Of a DNA stretch of 64,000 bases, positions 13,930 through 28,538 are shown in pieces; positions within the stretch are counted from its first letter, which is position 1; every line of letters starts with the position of its first letter. The stretch is taken from contig NMRA01000093.1 of assembly GCA_002633005.1 (NCBI GenBank), positions 510,102 through 574,101 on the forward strand, given 5' to 3'. A model generated the notes under the pieces. It made no database searches. It was not told the origin of the DNA and worked only from the letters and a program-made list of their open reading frames with translations. A program made the translations under genes and the position numbers. The DNA is from Phoronis australis. Its lineage: Eukaryota; Animalia; Phoronida.

Positions 13930-15230
13930 ATATTCGAACTCGTCTCATGCTAGTCTTTTTCAGCGTCTCATTGAACTGGAGATCACGAACTGAAGGTGCA
14001 CGGTGAACTCAGGACCAGGACTACAATAGCAGATGAGTCAAAACGTACATCCAAGCCACACGGGCGTCTCAAGTCAGTCTGCTCATCTCTGTATCGACGT
14101 TATTAGTAAAACGTCAACAAAATCCTCCAGTTTTACACAGAAATCACATTTTTTAATTCACTGGTGTATGTATTTTTTCCTTTTGCTGCACAGTATTGAA
14201 AGAAGACTCGACCCTCGCATTCATCTGCAGTAACAATTTGTTTACCCCTAGCTGACACGTCATATGGAGCAACTCCTGAGTGAGTCTTAGTTTGCAACCC
14301 TCGTCTCAAAGTGGATGTCTGCATTTCAAAAACCCTTGTAGGGTGCACCACCACGCCGTGGGCACTAATTTCTTCATGATACTCGCCTCGCAATAATAAC
14401 AGTGAAATTGTTTCATGGAATAAAAATAAAATCACGTGTGAAAATGCCGATTACTAAAATAGTACGCTTGATGTACATGTAGTGCTCATGGTCATTTTAT
14501 GGTAATATGTTATGCTATTATTTAGTTTTTGATACGAAAGTAACACAGTAATGACGCAAAAATGTGATTAATTCATTGCATCACCGCTTGTTTGTAACCT
14601 TTTCACGTTTTATAAGTAAACAGTCCACTACTGTTCGACACACCACATTGCGTTTCCGATCGAATACACAAACACAAATTTGTGTTTCCGATCGCTTATC
14701 ATAGAGTTCTCCGTCGCTTCTTTCAACAGAAAAGTGTCGACAATTCAGAGATCCTGACAAAACTGCGGAAAACAAGCGTTGCATTATATTTTCACACGTC
14801 ATTTCTTCACAACTTCATGATTAATTTATTGATATAGAGCCAAAAATAACTGCGATTTGCCAAAATGACATACAAATCAACTTTGGCTCATGACATGCTT
14901 CGGTTAACGTTACTTTTCTCCAATAATTGAAGAAACACTCTCCTAAACCTCTACCTGTCCTTCCTCAATGTGTTACGCTTTGCGCTCATGTCTCTGTTTT
15001 CACATTGAAAGTAAAAAAGAGAATTCATGAAATTTACTTACTTTGTCTGGCTTCGCTTCTCGCGCCAAATTTCGTTCTCGATCGCCTTCCAGACGTTCCT
15101 GATCGCGGGTTGGCCGGGGTGGTTGAAAAACGGCGGAGTTACGAAAAGTTTTTGTGACAGCAAATCCCATATAAATGACCAACACCGCAGCAAACGAATG
15201 CAAACAAATGCCACTCAACCTCAGTAGCGC
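13930..15230 (-). other. Possible degraded multi-exon gene or transposon relic, unclassified
   Basis: Several GC-richer exon-like blocks with donor-like ends (gtaagt near 15036, gtaaac near 14243) and Cys/His/Trp fragments; no intact ORF. Confidence 0.25.
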
Positions 15231-16699
15231 GAGATCGAAATTGGCATTCCAGAGCTAGAGTTCCATGCATACATGTAGATTAAGTATCACAAATCTGCAC
15301 GAACTTTACTTTCATGTATGCTTTATCACAAATATTAGGCAAACGATATAATTATGCTGATATGAGGTGGTCAATCAAAGGCATATACAGCTACTAGTAG
15401 AACACCTAAAAACAGTACAATACAAAAAAAAACAAAAAAAATCTTATTTAATTGAATCCAGTCTCTCAAATTTGATCTAAGCTAGTATATCCAATCGAAA
15501 CTAACGTGAACGTAAACTAATACAATGCAGACGAAATGCATTAATTTAATTCTATTTACAGATTTAGCAGCCACAAAAGATGAAGACAGAATACAGACAA
15601 GAGATGTTTTATGAACTAAATAATGAAAGTTAAGGGACAAAGCGTATGAGATTAAGCCAGAAAATCAACGGTAGTACAAACACCATTATATTTTAAAAAC
15701 AATGTGAGAAGGCATAAATGATATGAGAGTTGTTTTTTTTTCTACGACCTCAAGAGAAAGACAGTGACTGTTAATTGAAAAGAATGCTTGACATTTAAAC
15801 ATTTACAACTACCCTTGTGTAAAGTAGGGAACAGATAGGACTGACGTTGATCCGGTCAGCGACAAAACGAGTGTAAACGGGAGAACTAATCACAATTCTT
15901 GTACTCCTATAAGAATGGTAAGGTTTGATAAAATTACTGTCATAAAATACGAAGGAAGTAAATTATTTTTAATCTTTGGTAGAGTTTTTAGCAATTGAAT
16001 TTGAATATGTTATCAGAGTTAAAGTATTTGATTTTTACGGCAAAATGTTAACTTACATCCAGCACAGACAGATAGGCATGATGAGTTCAAGTGTCTTTCT
16101 CAAGTGAACCACAGCTGATTGAGCTGACCAGCGGCTAGCCTAGTTCATCCAATTCGTATTTTTCACGTCTTCAGTTGGCGTGAGCTGTCAGCTAAGTGGG
16201 AATGATTCAACCTAGGTGGAAATTATTTTCACCCGGGAGGAAATTATATGTTAGATCACACTATATTTTAGTGACATTTCTGATACTCCAGACAATTATA
16301 CTCTAATTAGAAATCATGTTATATAATTTTTGATACTGGTGTATAACTAATTAAACATACTGATTGTTAACCAAAATTTGTATTCTCATATAAGTGCATA
16401 GGAAGTGATTCACCACATGTCTTTGACAAGCTGTGAGGTGTTTGTAACAATTGTGCCTTGTATTGATAGTTGTGTAACTTTAAGTCTTTGAATCTTGTCA
16501 ACTTTAGGCCGAAGCATTTTGGACAACAACAATAATCTGTCATTTATTCATCGAGAACTTCTCAACTCTCTACACCACATTTGGTAATGGCTTGGGTTCA
16601 TTGGTAGAACTTTATTCAGAGAATTGTTTTAGAACTAGGAGTAACATTTTTGATTAAGTTTGTGGGTTTTCTTGTTTTGAACTATCTCGCCCACCTTTC

Positions 16700-16912
16700 T
16701 TATATTCAGTATAAATACTCTGCAGCCAAACTACTTGTGAACGGCAATGTCGCTTACTTGAGCCAGTCTGACCAGCTCCCAGCTATCGATCTGTCCTGGT
16801 CCTAATAGGCCTCATTCTCACTATCAGTGAAATTTTGCTGGCTGTCTACCCGGGTTTGCCCCCGACCCCCCTATGGTAATCCTGCAGCATCCCCACCATA
16901 CAATGGGATGAG
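16700..16912 (-). mobile_element. Possible degenerate tRNA-headed SINE
   Basis: Minus strand reads ...ATTACCATAGGGGGTCGGGGGCAAACCCGGG, resembling a decayed tRNA T-arm/B-box; weak evidence. Confidence 0.25.
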
Positions 16913-18069
16913 TATACTGAATTTCTATTTTGTCAAAAGTATAGACTTCGATCCATTACTAGCATGGATTGTAATGGATAAATGTTTTAGAACAATTGGT
17001 TTCCATTATTTGCATTATTTTCTGCGGACTAAGTGGAGATGTTTGTTATTCCTCACTGAAAGAATGATTCATGATTTTATTATCTATAATGTTTATTGGC
17101 CTCTTCGGTTGACTTCAATTGACGCCTCGGTGTTAATAGTAAATCAATGGATCAACACATGAATTTCAAAAATATTGTACAGTTGAAATCCAAGTTCAGA
17201 AGACATCTATTTGTTCTTGCAGTTCTGTCATTGAGATTGTGATTCCACTTAAATTACAATCATATATGAAGTTCAATTAGACGGTCATTTCCTTTGTACT
17301 CGCTGCCTAAAATAAAAAGTGAAAACTGTAGCATTGAATTTATTATATCTGTGACATACTGGTCTCAACATTACCCATATATAGTGATGAAGATTTCTTT
17401 TACATACTACGTGTTCACATAAAAATGGAATTTTCTTTCTCAAACAGAACATGTTTCACATTTATTTCTCAATCTTTAGTTATGTGCAAACTCAGCTTGA
17501 TACAGTAATGTCACTTCATTTCTACAAAGATGTACCAAGAAGGTATTTCCAGTGATCTGCACTGAAATACAAAATTAATTCCTCTGTAGAAAATTTTATT
17601 CAATTTATAACTCTGATACAAACTGAAGAGTCATAAACTTCATAAAAAATCCTTTCTTTTCTCTAATAAATAGCAAGCAAACCATCACCGTCCACAACTG
17701 TGCTAAAAACCTGTGAAAAAGTGATACTCAGACTTCTACATTGTTCACCTGGCTTCCATGACACACCCCCTCCCCCAGATGCAAAATTGGACAGATGTAA
17801 AGTTGCGCACGACAATGGTGTTTAATGGATGTCATTAGTTACATTTGTGTCACGCATCTTGCTTTGTTTTATTTACACAATTACGTGCAGGTATTGTTGA
17901 TTGTCCAACGTGTAAGTCTTCATCTCGTTTGATATTTCAATTCATGCACTCCAACGGTTACATTTTTCTATTGAAATATGGTTTACTTAGTACTTTTTCT
18001 TTTAGCTGCAGAAGGAAACTAAGAAAAATGATTCCTGCGATTTTTAGACGGAAAGGGTGCGGTATTCAT

Positions 18070-19950
18070 TAATGTATATACAATAACTTAATAACCATAC
18101 CAAGAAGCCAAAGGTCCATGGTATAGATTACAACAACGTTCATTAGATAGGATACATGAGACGTCATCTCTGAACAGAGGCAATAAACAATCATACGGAT
18201 CAGTTTCCAGCAACTGTTGTCTCCTGGATGGAACGCATTAAACTTTTTTTTCACAATGGTAGGCCACAATAATTCAACAAATTTCTTAAATTTATATTTT
18301 GTTGGGATAAGAGAAAATCCAGACAGGGAGACGTACTGTTTTTAATACAAGGTACAAACTGCGAATTAGTACTCGTCCTCTGTCAAGCGATTGTCCACAC
18401 ACGAGGGACACAGTGAAACTGTCTAGCAATCTGTGCATGTCGGCCACATTCAGTTTAAAGTTTATGGTTAGAACACCTTAGTCTCTCCATTGAGCTTATA
18501 AACAATAGATGAAAAATAAGCAGAAATCAGACTTTATAAATCAGTAGGTATCCAACTGTGAGTTGTTATGTGGACAGGTTTGCCATTCTTGCAGATAACA
18601 ATGAAGTAGAAGGCAGTAGTAGACGGATGTTTTCTCGCAGCCCAGACCTAGACGAAGCCACGTGATACCGGGGCCATCTCTCACAGTTATAAAGTTTCAT
18701 ATAAATTTTCAATGGAATTATATTCACCGAGTCCCCCGATTTCTGATCCATAGTTAAGGACAGGTAGAACCGTCTTATCAAAAATCTGAACGGCTATCAA
18801 TGGTGCAACATGGCGACTGATTCAAATTACAATTTGTTGACCATAACGAAGGCTTTAGACCAAGATAATTTGGACGAGAGCCAGATGCCAAGGTACGTGT
18901 AGCATTCCATGTTAAAGTCTTCACAATATTGATGTATCAATTAGTTTTTGAGCTACTAAGCCGTTACAGCTTATTCTGCCAGACCGTCAGCATACAAGAG
19001 CGCACCAACTTCTTTGATATTTTTATTTACAAAAATGCCTCCATTGCAGACACGTTCAATATAATCAACAGAATTTTCAAAACAATCAGTGAGACTGGCG
19101 TCTGTTCTAGCAAAGACTTTAGTTGACTGTACATAGATTTAAGGACAGCCAGAATTTTGCCCTGTGCGCCTGGTTTGTGAAGACTAGTACGTGCCATGAG
19201 AGTCTATGGGGAATGAGGTCGAACGCTTTCGAAAAATCAATGCAGCAACAATAGAAGCGACCTCTTTATTTAATAATGTATTTTTGAACCATGCCTTGTA
19301 TAGTAAATAATTGTCTGATCTATGGTGGAATATCCCTACCTAAATTCCACTTGCTCTTCGTGTATCAATTCGTAATCTGTTGCCCAAGCTGTGGAACGAA
19401 TTTTAAGATTTTTTGTGTAAACGTTTTGTCTGAAAGAAACGAATTTCATTGAAATAATATTAGATTCTCCATCGTCATCAGCAAATGAACTAAGGAAGTT
19501 GGAGTTCGTTATCGTTTGCGGTGAATGGAGTGGAATTTTGTTCTAGGTTACAATCTTGACTGTCGCTCAAATCGAATATCCCGCCAGGCATAGATCATTT
19601 CCGTATGTACTCCCAGTTCTTTCGTAAACCGACTGCAAAAATATTGAGTCAACGAGGTGTACATGGGATAGAAAAAACGAAAGACAAAACGTAATTTTGA
19701 TCCCGAAGGAGTTGTAGGTCTGCATGCATGCGACTGTTGAGAACGAATGCACCAAGTTCGACTCGCCGCACCGCCTCTGTAACTTGTATTCACGAACGCA
19801 GCAAGTCGTGAAAAGAGTTAAATCCTCACCCAAATTCGTGTCAAATTTTGAAGTCTCACTACATTTTCCGCTCTTTCTCGGCATCGACAAATTTCCCAAT
19901 TTCAACTTAGGAAACACAAGTTCTCGAAAACGGCTCGGTGAATTTCACTG
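18070..19950 (-). mobile_element. Degenerate RTE-X-like LINE (RT and 3' region)
   Basis: Remnants LIHEEQVEFR*GYSTIDQ, GRFYCCCIDFSKAFDLIPHRL, GKILAVLKSMYSQLKS, ALLYADG, YTYLGIWLSSKLSWSKA, IFDKTVLPVLNYGSE and CPSC..TEDEY. Confidence 0.8.
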
Positions 19951-20689
19951 AACCCTTTCAGTCTTAATATTTATTCATTAAACTCAAAAACGCTGCTGGG
20001 ACTTTCCTTTTAAACGCCCAGTTTTTTCGTACCGTAAGATAGACGAATACGACTGCTATTTTTGTATAAAAATACCTTACGTTTTGTGGATAAATTTGGC
20101 ATAAAAACAAAATTAAATGAGTATGCGTTTTTGAGGTAAATTGTGAAGTTTTCATTTAAAAAGGGTTTCATTAAAATATACCAAGTGTTATTTTGCTATA
20201 AATAAAGTTTTGACTTAAAAAGGTGTTAACATAATAATGATAATAATGGCACATGAATATAAACATATTTTGATAATCTCTGGTATTTTTATTCGTAAAA
20301 TATATACTTTTCCTTGTTGACAAAGCCTGTTTTTGGATATATGAGTTGGAATGAAGGTCACTAAATAAGGTTTGAGATAACCTTGAAGATGTATTTGCAT
20401 ACTCCTAACTATGCTAATGTATAGCTGGAACTAAACGCCAATGCTAGTGTAACATAATCTACGGTAAACAAGGTCCAGTTGTACTTATTGACAACTTGTA
20501 AATGTGAAAACAAAAAAAATCTGCAAATACAGTGTAGGTGACCTCGATCTGCACTAATGACGTACCTCGGGGGCTCACATAGCCAGCATCATGCAGTGTT
20601 AGTCCCCAGCATCACATCACGATACTTACTGGACACGGTTCAGTGATTTGTAGCGGATCATTTTCGCCACAAAACCAGTTCTTAAAAAC

Positions 20690-21560
20690 ATTTGTCAACC
20701 TACTTCGTATTCACATAGTCGCTATATGGTGTTTCTAACTAATTTGACCAAGCAATCACAGAGATAAGGAATTAGCCTGCAAGTTCCATTTTAATAAACT
20801 TTTACTTTCTTAATTTTTCGCTGTTGTAGACAAGGAAATCCCTTGTCACCTTATCTTTTTTGTTGTGCACCGAAAATGTGATACTTTAAGTAATTTTCTT
20901 TAACTGCTCATATTGATGAAACATTTGTTTGTGCATGGATAGGTTCCGAGATTTTCGTGGTAACATGTTTTTTGTCAAAGTGGATTAAATATTTTAAACA
21001 ATTATTGCTCTTCCGGCTGCAACGTTTCTGAGGATTGAAAAGTAGTTTTAAGATGAATTGGCGGGATAGCGTTTCTGAACAGACTGATGTAAATAAAAAT
21101 TAGAAGGTGGGGGTGCATGTTGAGTGATTTGTCAAGGTCATCAAGAACTAACATTGGTTTCGAAAATATTAAATATTTCGACAGTGAATCTCTTAACCTG
21201 TTATACGAAACTCTTTTTTATTTCACTTTGGTTCTTACTTTTTTCTTCAAGTACCTAATTGTATTCATAATAATTTTTAGACGGATACATATTACACGAA
21301 TTTATTGACCTCAGTAATGCCGGTGACCGATTACATCAGCCATTGTGGCACAATCCAAAAATCTGTATTCATAAAATTTATGTATTTGCAAAGAATAGTT
21401 TCACTGCTGTGCGGTGGGATGTACCAGTGTCTTATGAAAAAGGCAAACCTTTTGAATCATCAAAGGACGAACAAGGACATAGTATTCCACACATTTCCCA
21501 TTGCGAAGAACTATCGGCCACAAAACCAGTAGCCGCGGCCATTGACAAAGCAGGAGAATA
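20690..21560 (+). mobile_element. L1/Tx1-like LINE fragment, heavily deleted
   Basis: CRQGNPLSPYLF at about 20826-20861, a GG..L.D segment near 21105, and LWHNPKICI at 21343. Confidence 0.65.
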
Positions 21561-22264
21561 GCAAACTCAGCGGGTGTCAATAACCTAGAATAAATTATTG
21601 AACTTAAACTGATCAAACAATGGGAGAAGTTGATTGTGAAATTTATTCCTCGGCTTTTAAACTGATGAACCACTTACGTAGTAATTGTATTTCTGTTCAC
21701 CGAAGTCGGAATCAATGTGAAACCACTTCCCTGTTCTCGTCATTATAGAGAGTGCCAATATGAAAAATCTCATAGTACCAAACTGTGTCAAGTCATCATG
21801 GTTCTTTCGACATATCTTAACCCGTCTGATGTTTTACGTGAAGTGGGCAAAAAGGTCCGCCTCAGAGAAACAAAAAGTCCGGAGAAAACGAGACAAAAGT
21901 GAACAGAAATCCAGCCCGAATGCACAATTGATAGGTCTTAATGTAGTGTCCCTTTTTTAGTTCAGTCCCCGGTTTTTCCTTAAAAGGTCCAGATAATGGA
22001 AAATTCGAGCCCTCCTATATTTTAGGCTGGGTGCGCGTATGTTTAAGAGATCAAAACCGTCATTGTAAACTTCCATGAGCATATCAGTGGACATCTTTTG
22101 CATCAAAGCAGCAATGTACCTGCCTTGCTCCGAATTATATGGGGCACTATGCTAAAGATTTTCTATGTACTTCGGTCGTATTTCAATTACTGCCCTCTCG
22201 TATCATATTTGTGTCGGTGGCGTTCAAAAGGGTGAGAAAATAGATAAGATTCAGCATCGTGCAA

Positions 22265-23576
22265 AAATGACCACCATCTTTTGACGCACAAGTTATAGCA
22301 AATCTCGTAGTACGAGAATTTTTAGATTTATTACGATCTATTGACGCAACGCCAAATTCGTAACCTGCATCTCTTGAAGTTGAAAGTCTATTTACTAACG
22401 TCCCGGTTGTCGAAACTAGAAATTGTCATTTCTTCCATGCATAGCCATGTATCAATGGCTCCTCCGAGTGGCCAAAAGAGGTACTACAAGAATATCCTAT
22501 TACTTTGTACGACATAAGTACCATTTAGAAACATCGATGGCAAACTGTATTTACAAACCAATGGTGTATCCATGGGATCACCTCTCGGACCAACTTTTGC
22601 TGACTTTTACATGTGCAACCTTGAAACTAAGGTTATTGATAGTCCTCCAGAGAAGCCTAACATGTACTGCAGGTATGTTGATGATATTTTTATGATTGTT
22701 AACCATGACAAGCTGATGGAGATCAAACTTGCTTTCGAGCAAAATTCGGTATTAAAATTCACGCATGAATTACCAGTAAGCAGCAAGCTTCCGTTCTTAG
22801 ACGTACTTGTTGATTACGATGAATTTGGCATTAAAACCCCAGAATATTATGGGAAACCCGGCCAACATATGATGGGGTTTGTTTACATAAAACCAGCCGA
22901 TGTCCTCTGAAATATAAGCTCTCTGATTTGACGAGCTTTTTGAAAAGAGCATAATTATTCTACTTGCTCAGATTGGGAAACCTTTTAGCACTGAGTGTAA
23001 TCGTATTAAGCAAATTATGATAATATAACAGTTACAGTAATAAGTTTGTTGGTCAGAATATGAAACTTCATAAGCCGCTTACAGAAGCCTGTGCGTTTAA
23101 AACAAATAGGTGGTTGTACCAATTAACTTCTACCGCAACTAATTCAATTCACGTTATATTGAAGATGAACGAGTTTTAAAAGGGGTCATCCGTCGGTTAA
23201 GACCCTTAAGCCAGAAGATAGCCTTTCGTTAATTATATTTCACCAAAACCATAAAACTAAAGATCTTGTTGTTAAAAACAATATGTGCACAAAGTCTATC
23301 CGTATGTTAGCCAAAACTGACTTGATTTATCAGTTCAATTGCCCTCACAACGAATGTATTCGTTCAAACACCGATTGCTCAAGGTATGTTGGTTATACAA
23401 CTTGCACTTTATCTCGCCGGTTATCTTTTCACTTACAAAATAGATCCATTAAAGATCACTTTCAAACACTCCACAAAAAGAAAATTTCCCATTCAGATAT
23501 TGTTGACAATACTGTCGTCAGGTATTTTGAACGGGACTCCTTTCGTTTGAAAATTCTCGAAGCAATTGGTCCTTGA
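22265..23576 (+). mobile_element. Penelope-like retroelement, degenerate (RT plus GIY-YIG endonuclease)
   Basis: VESLFTNVPV, NGVSMGSPLGPTFADFYM, YCRYVDDIF, LPFLDVLV; IYQFNCP..C...YVGYTTCTLSRRL..H...LKILEA. Frameshifted. Confidence 0.88.
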
Positions 23577-26573
23577 TGAGTGACCATAACATAGACGGCT
23601 TTTACACCCCTATAGGCACCACTCCATTGACAGAAATACCGACACGCATATATTTTGGCTATGGGTGGTGTCATTCCGTCTGATGGTGCGATTTTGTTCG
23701 GTGTGATTACGCTGAACAAGCAGGGCCAAGGCCGCAGGGTACAGTTCAGTGACCGTCTCATGGCTAGAAAAATCTAGCCAACATCATGTGCTATCATACT
23801 GCTACAAAGAGACTTGCTGGCTGGTAATGTCCACGATAAACAATTCATAAATAGCCCCGCAACCAACATCAACTCCGTAAAGACGGAAAACCAGCGACCC
23901 AAACATGTCAGGAAAACGATACAAAAACAACACAGAGAACGATATATGTGTATATTTCATGCTCGACTACAGTTCGATTTCAAGGCTGTTCATTTTGAAC
24001 CTTATACAACTCTGTTCTCTTACCAAGAACAGCTAGCGAGATCCTTTTCGCATGTATAACTGGATTCAACGCACCATCCAGGAAACTCTTCAACAGAAGA
24101 CATGTCAGTAATTTGGTCTAGCTAAAGTTTTGTTAGATAAACTAGACATAGACAAGCAGGCTACTCACAGTTGGTTCAGTGAATATCATTGGATCTACTC
24201 AATACAGTAAAGTGAATGTTTGCTACTTGTACAATATTGCACTATCCAAAACAAAATAATATGCAAATAGCTCATATACTAGTCACTATCAGTATTCTAA
24301 TGGTGAACCGTCCAATACTTATTCATGATTTGTGTGATTCACTGCTGAGCAAACTAACAGCTGTTAACATCAAACCCCAAGATCTGTCAGCTCATCTCTA
24401 GTATATAAAATATTAAATATTTTTAACTCTATGTTAATCTATGTCATATTTCTATGAAAAATATGGAACAAATTTTTATGACAAACTTCAAGTTAACCCA
24501 ATTCATTTTCACCGTCATCCAATAGATTGGGGAGAGGTAACATTTCACTTTTAAATCTCAGTAAACAACGTTTGTAAAATGGCCAACAATTTGATTAACC
24601 ATTGCCAACACCCCTATATGGGTCCCACTTCATATAACACACTAAAGTGATTAAATTTGAGATTCACACAACACAAAATGGTTGCATGCAATCTCAATGA
24701 CTTAGGGACTATAAACTTGACTAGACATTACAGATCACTGATTTAAGAAGGCTAGTCTATTGAAAGACTTGATTCGCTAAACAATTCTTCATTGGGGCCA
24801 CTGCAAATGGATAGTTGAGCTTAGTACCTCAAATGACAATATACCCCACGTCCTTTGTACCGGCACACACTGAGGTAAAATGTTCACCAACTTGGAAACT
24901 ACTTTGCAGTAAACAGTGGAAATGCAGTACACACCCCTTACATCCATCCAAAGATTTGCTGTGATCAGGTTATGCAATAATTAATTTTCTTTAACAACAG
25001 AAGGTAATCACCCAAGCGTTTAGGTCACCTCATGGTATGTATGCAATTCCAATTGAAATCCCATAATTCCATTAAAGGACAAATGTTTATCCATAAACCC
25101 AAGCCCAGCCCTCTGACTCTCATAAGGTCAAGATAGGGCCAGACTGGGGTCATACATCACAATGGCAGACAGTTTGCCATGCTACACAATGCTAACACAA
25201 AGACAGAACCAGATTTTACATACACGGACTACTCACGTGCATTTAGCCAAATCAAAAGGCTAATAGGTTGCTTCTTTAAAGTGTGAAATACAACATCCAA
25301 ATTTTGACAAAACGGGAGAACAAGCAATGAGATACACAGAATGATATTCTACTAATAATTATGAAGAGATTAAAAGTTTTTAAAAAATATATCAAATTAA
25401 CAAGAACAGCGACACTTTTCGTCTGTCAAATGCCGTCATAATCTTTCTTTTCTTTGCGATTTCCTTTATCACTTTCTGTTGACTAACTATGACGCCTATG
25501 GCATGCAGTGAGCCTCCTATTACAATACAATCTAATATCTATCTTCCTACCCAGTTCCAAATAACTTGTCGACGGATGCACCCTACAAGCAGAAAATGCC
25601 ACAACATAGAGAACACATGCAGAATGAAGAAAGTTTTGATTTTAAAAACATTTGCCAAAGTTTAAAGTCCCAATGCATCTATCTTTGGTTAACCAAACAT
25701 TTAATGTCATTGACTTTCTTAGATAGATGAAGATGTCTCATTACAATGGATTGCGTCAACTCATTCGGGCAAAGCAAAATGAAACCAACCAGTGAAAATG
25801 GTGGCTTCCTGAATGACATCTCACAAATCTCAGACCATTAAAACGACAATTGTGAAACTCTTGAAATCTCTACCACCAGAAATGTGTGTGAATCAACTAT
25901 GACTCATAACTGTTTGGTTCCAGTGTTTTTTCAACCCTAATCTGTACTTTGACAGTAAACAACACATAAGCTAAAATTTGATAACGAAATCAACAAACAA
26001 AAGATGGAATTAAAACATCCAACCGTGGTTTCCATTCATACTGAATACATTTTCCATATGTTTCAATAATTTCCGCAAGGTATATAATTTAAATTTTCAT
26101 CGCCCACAAAAGTACATATACAGTAATATTCGCTAATGATGGTTGTCAAAAATAAACGAATGAAGGAACAAGTGATATACGGCAGTTTTTCACTCATCTA
26201 GCACATAATACAGCAGATAAGTAAAATTTGATTTTGTAGAAGTTTTCCACAACAAGAAGCTGATACCAGCATGGTCTGTATTGTGCAGATGTTGTAAAAC
26301 TACATTTGGTTAAATTACCATATTTGCAGCAAGCTTTTGAGAAGTGGAAAAATGTAAATTTTGACAATTATTTTTGTGCTAAGCAAGTGGAGAATTACAG
26401 AAGCTTGCGAAATGAGGGTTTCTTTCGCGGAGTTTTACCCTTTTTCATTTTTCACGAGATAACCATGCATGGAATCTTTTTTGTAATTTTTCTGATTTTT
26501 CACGATGAATGGGAACCAGCCTTATCTACACAAATTTTGCAAAAAAGCACAAAGAAAACAGTGACGCAAGTCA

Positions 26574-26609
26574 TTATTTCCCATTAACCATTCTGTTGAC
26601 AGTTGCACC
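26574..26609 (-). CDS. MYOF: Ferlin terminal exon, duplicate copy A
   Basis: Identical to 33094-33129. Confidence 0.7.
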   Translation of the reverse strand, partial: GATVNRMVNGK

Positions 26610-26694
26610 CTGAAATGATTGAAGATTGTTTGAAAATACAGTTCTTAAATACACAAAAGCCACAAAACAACAAGGTCAGTGAAAAAAATTTGAC

Positions 26695-27017
26695 AGTTTA
26701 ATTCAAAATCAAAGTTTGCTTCAGAAAAACTAGCTCAAGGCATCAAAACATTTGTGCGCACAATCAGGTATGCGAATGCACAATCAGGTATGCGTATGCA
26801 CAAACTTGCGAGCATAAAGTCCAAAACACAAGCCGAGAGTTTAAAATTGCAAGTTTACCAACTTACATAGGTTGGTATACTTGAAATTTTAAACTGTCTG
26901 CTAGTATTTTTGTACCGCACTCTATAAGTGTAGCCTTGTGTACCCATACACCAGACTGTGCCCACAAACGTATGGGTGACTTGTAGCTTGAAAAGATGCA
27001 GCAGACTGAACTAAACT
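26695..27017. mobile_element. Fold-back (palindromic) MITE-like element in the last ferlin intron, copy A
   Basis: Imperfect palindrome centred at about 26866 (GTTTACCAAC...GGTTGGTATAC). Confidence 0.55.
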
Positions 27018-27995
27018 CTGCTTTTGTTTACAACATTACTGTGTAAAATTTGGAAAGCTAACTTGGCATCTTTGACAATCTCAAAATTGAGATTTCCTGG
27101 CCTTCAATACCTATTTTTATTGTATGACGTCACAGGCATCTGCATGACATCTATTTGTTTAGCCAAATATCTACAAAACTATAGAACTTAACTCGATATA
27201 TTTTCTGAAAGTAGACAGATGAAGTGTTTAAATTTTTGGCTAAAGCAATCTTACTGATTGGTCATGTGACCATAACTATTGGGTAAAACTTAGCAAAAAG
27301 AAAGATAGTAATACACTCTTTTGTATGAGCAGAGCCCCAGAAATCCCTTTTGCATCACATCTACGTTCCATTCACTAGTAAGATACTCATAGCAAAACGA
27401 AAAACGGTACAAATTACTTAGTGGCCAAATTCCCATTGATACTATTATTCAAGTTGAAATCTCAAAAATGCTTTCAGAATTTCTTAATGGAAAAAGGAAT
27501 AATTACATATGCAATTCCCAAATGTTGTAAAAATCCCCTTTAAACATGTCACATGGTCAGCCCCACCAGTTCTATCCACATTCCAGTCTCACTAGGGCGC
27601 TAGTCATCAATAGAGTGACTCTATTCACTAGGTCACATAGTGAGGGTACCTTAACGCTGATTCTTATCAGATCATACCCAACTAGAAGGATTGAAAGCAT
27701 ACGGACTGTGCTTCTCATTTTCTCTTTGACATGAAAACCAAATTGAATGGAAACTATAAAACCTGAATAAGTGAGTAAAATTAGACTATGTGGGCTCTTG
27801 AATTTTCACTTGCAACAAAAAAGCAAGCCCTTTGAAAAATGTCAATTTTAGCAATCGCCTTCGTCCCAAATAGCAAGATGGCAAACGAGTCATAAACAGA
27901 GTGAGATAGTCTTAGCTTCATCGTCTGCTGTGTCAGGTATCAGCCAATCACAGTTCACAGCTTCATCGTCTGCTGTGTCAATTATCAGCCAATTA

Positions 27996-28163
<168 letters not shown>

Positions 28164-28538
28164 TCACAGAAAATGTTCATGTCAGCCCGGCTCAATGGTC
28201 ATAAAGTTCAACAAAACATTTACTTGGTGTCGCAAAATGGAATTCACAAAATTTCTACGTCATGTACTAACATCAAAGCACTGTTTGCTCTAATATAAAA
28301 ATTAGAGAACGAAATCCTATTCCTGCAACAACATTATAGCAAAATGTCTAGATATTAAGTTTTAATCTTATGTGGAGCTATCTACTTTGAAACCCAAACT
28401 GTTGTTCAGTGCATAAGCACTACACTCTCCTCAAAGACTTTCATTTCCCTTTGTCTTATCCTCATTTCTCTCACGTAACTGGGTAAACTATTTTTTTCAT
28501 ATGAAGGGACAGGACTCGTTTTTGTGACAAATGTATTA

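Noticed and set aside
21662-21726. CTGATGA...GAAAC upstream of the Penelope-like element, possible hammerhead
   Set aside because: Only about 2 bp of stem II and no convincing flanking helices; an Infernal search would be needed to revive it.
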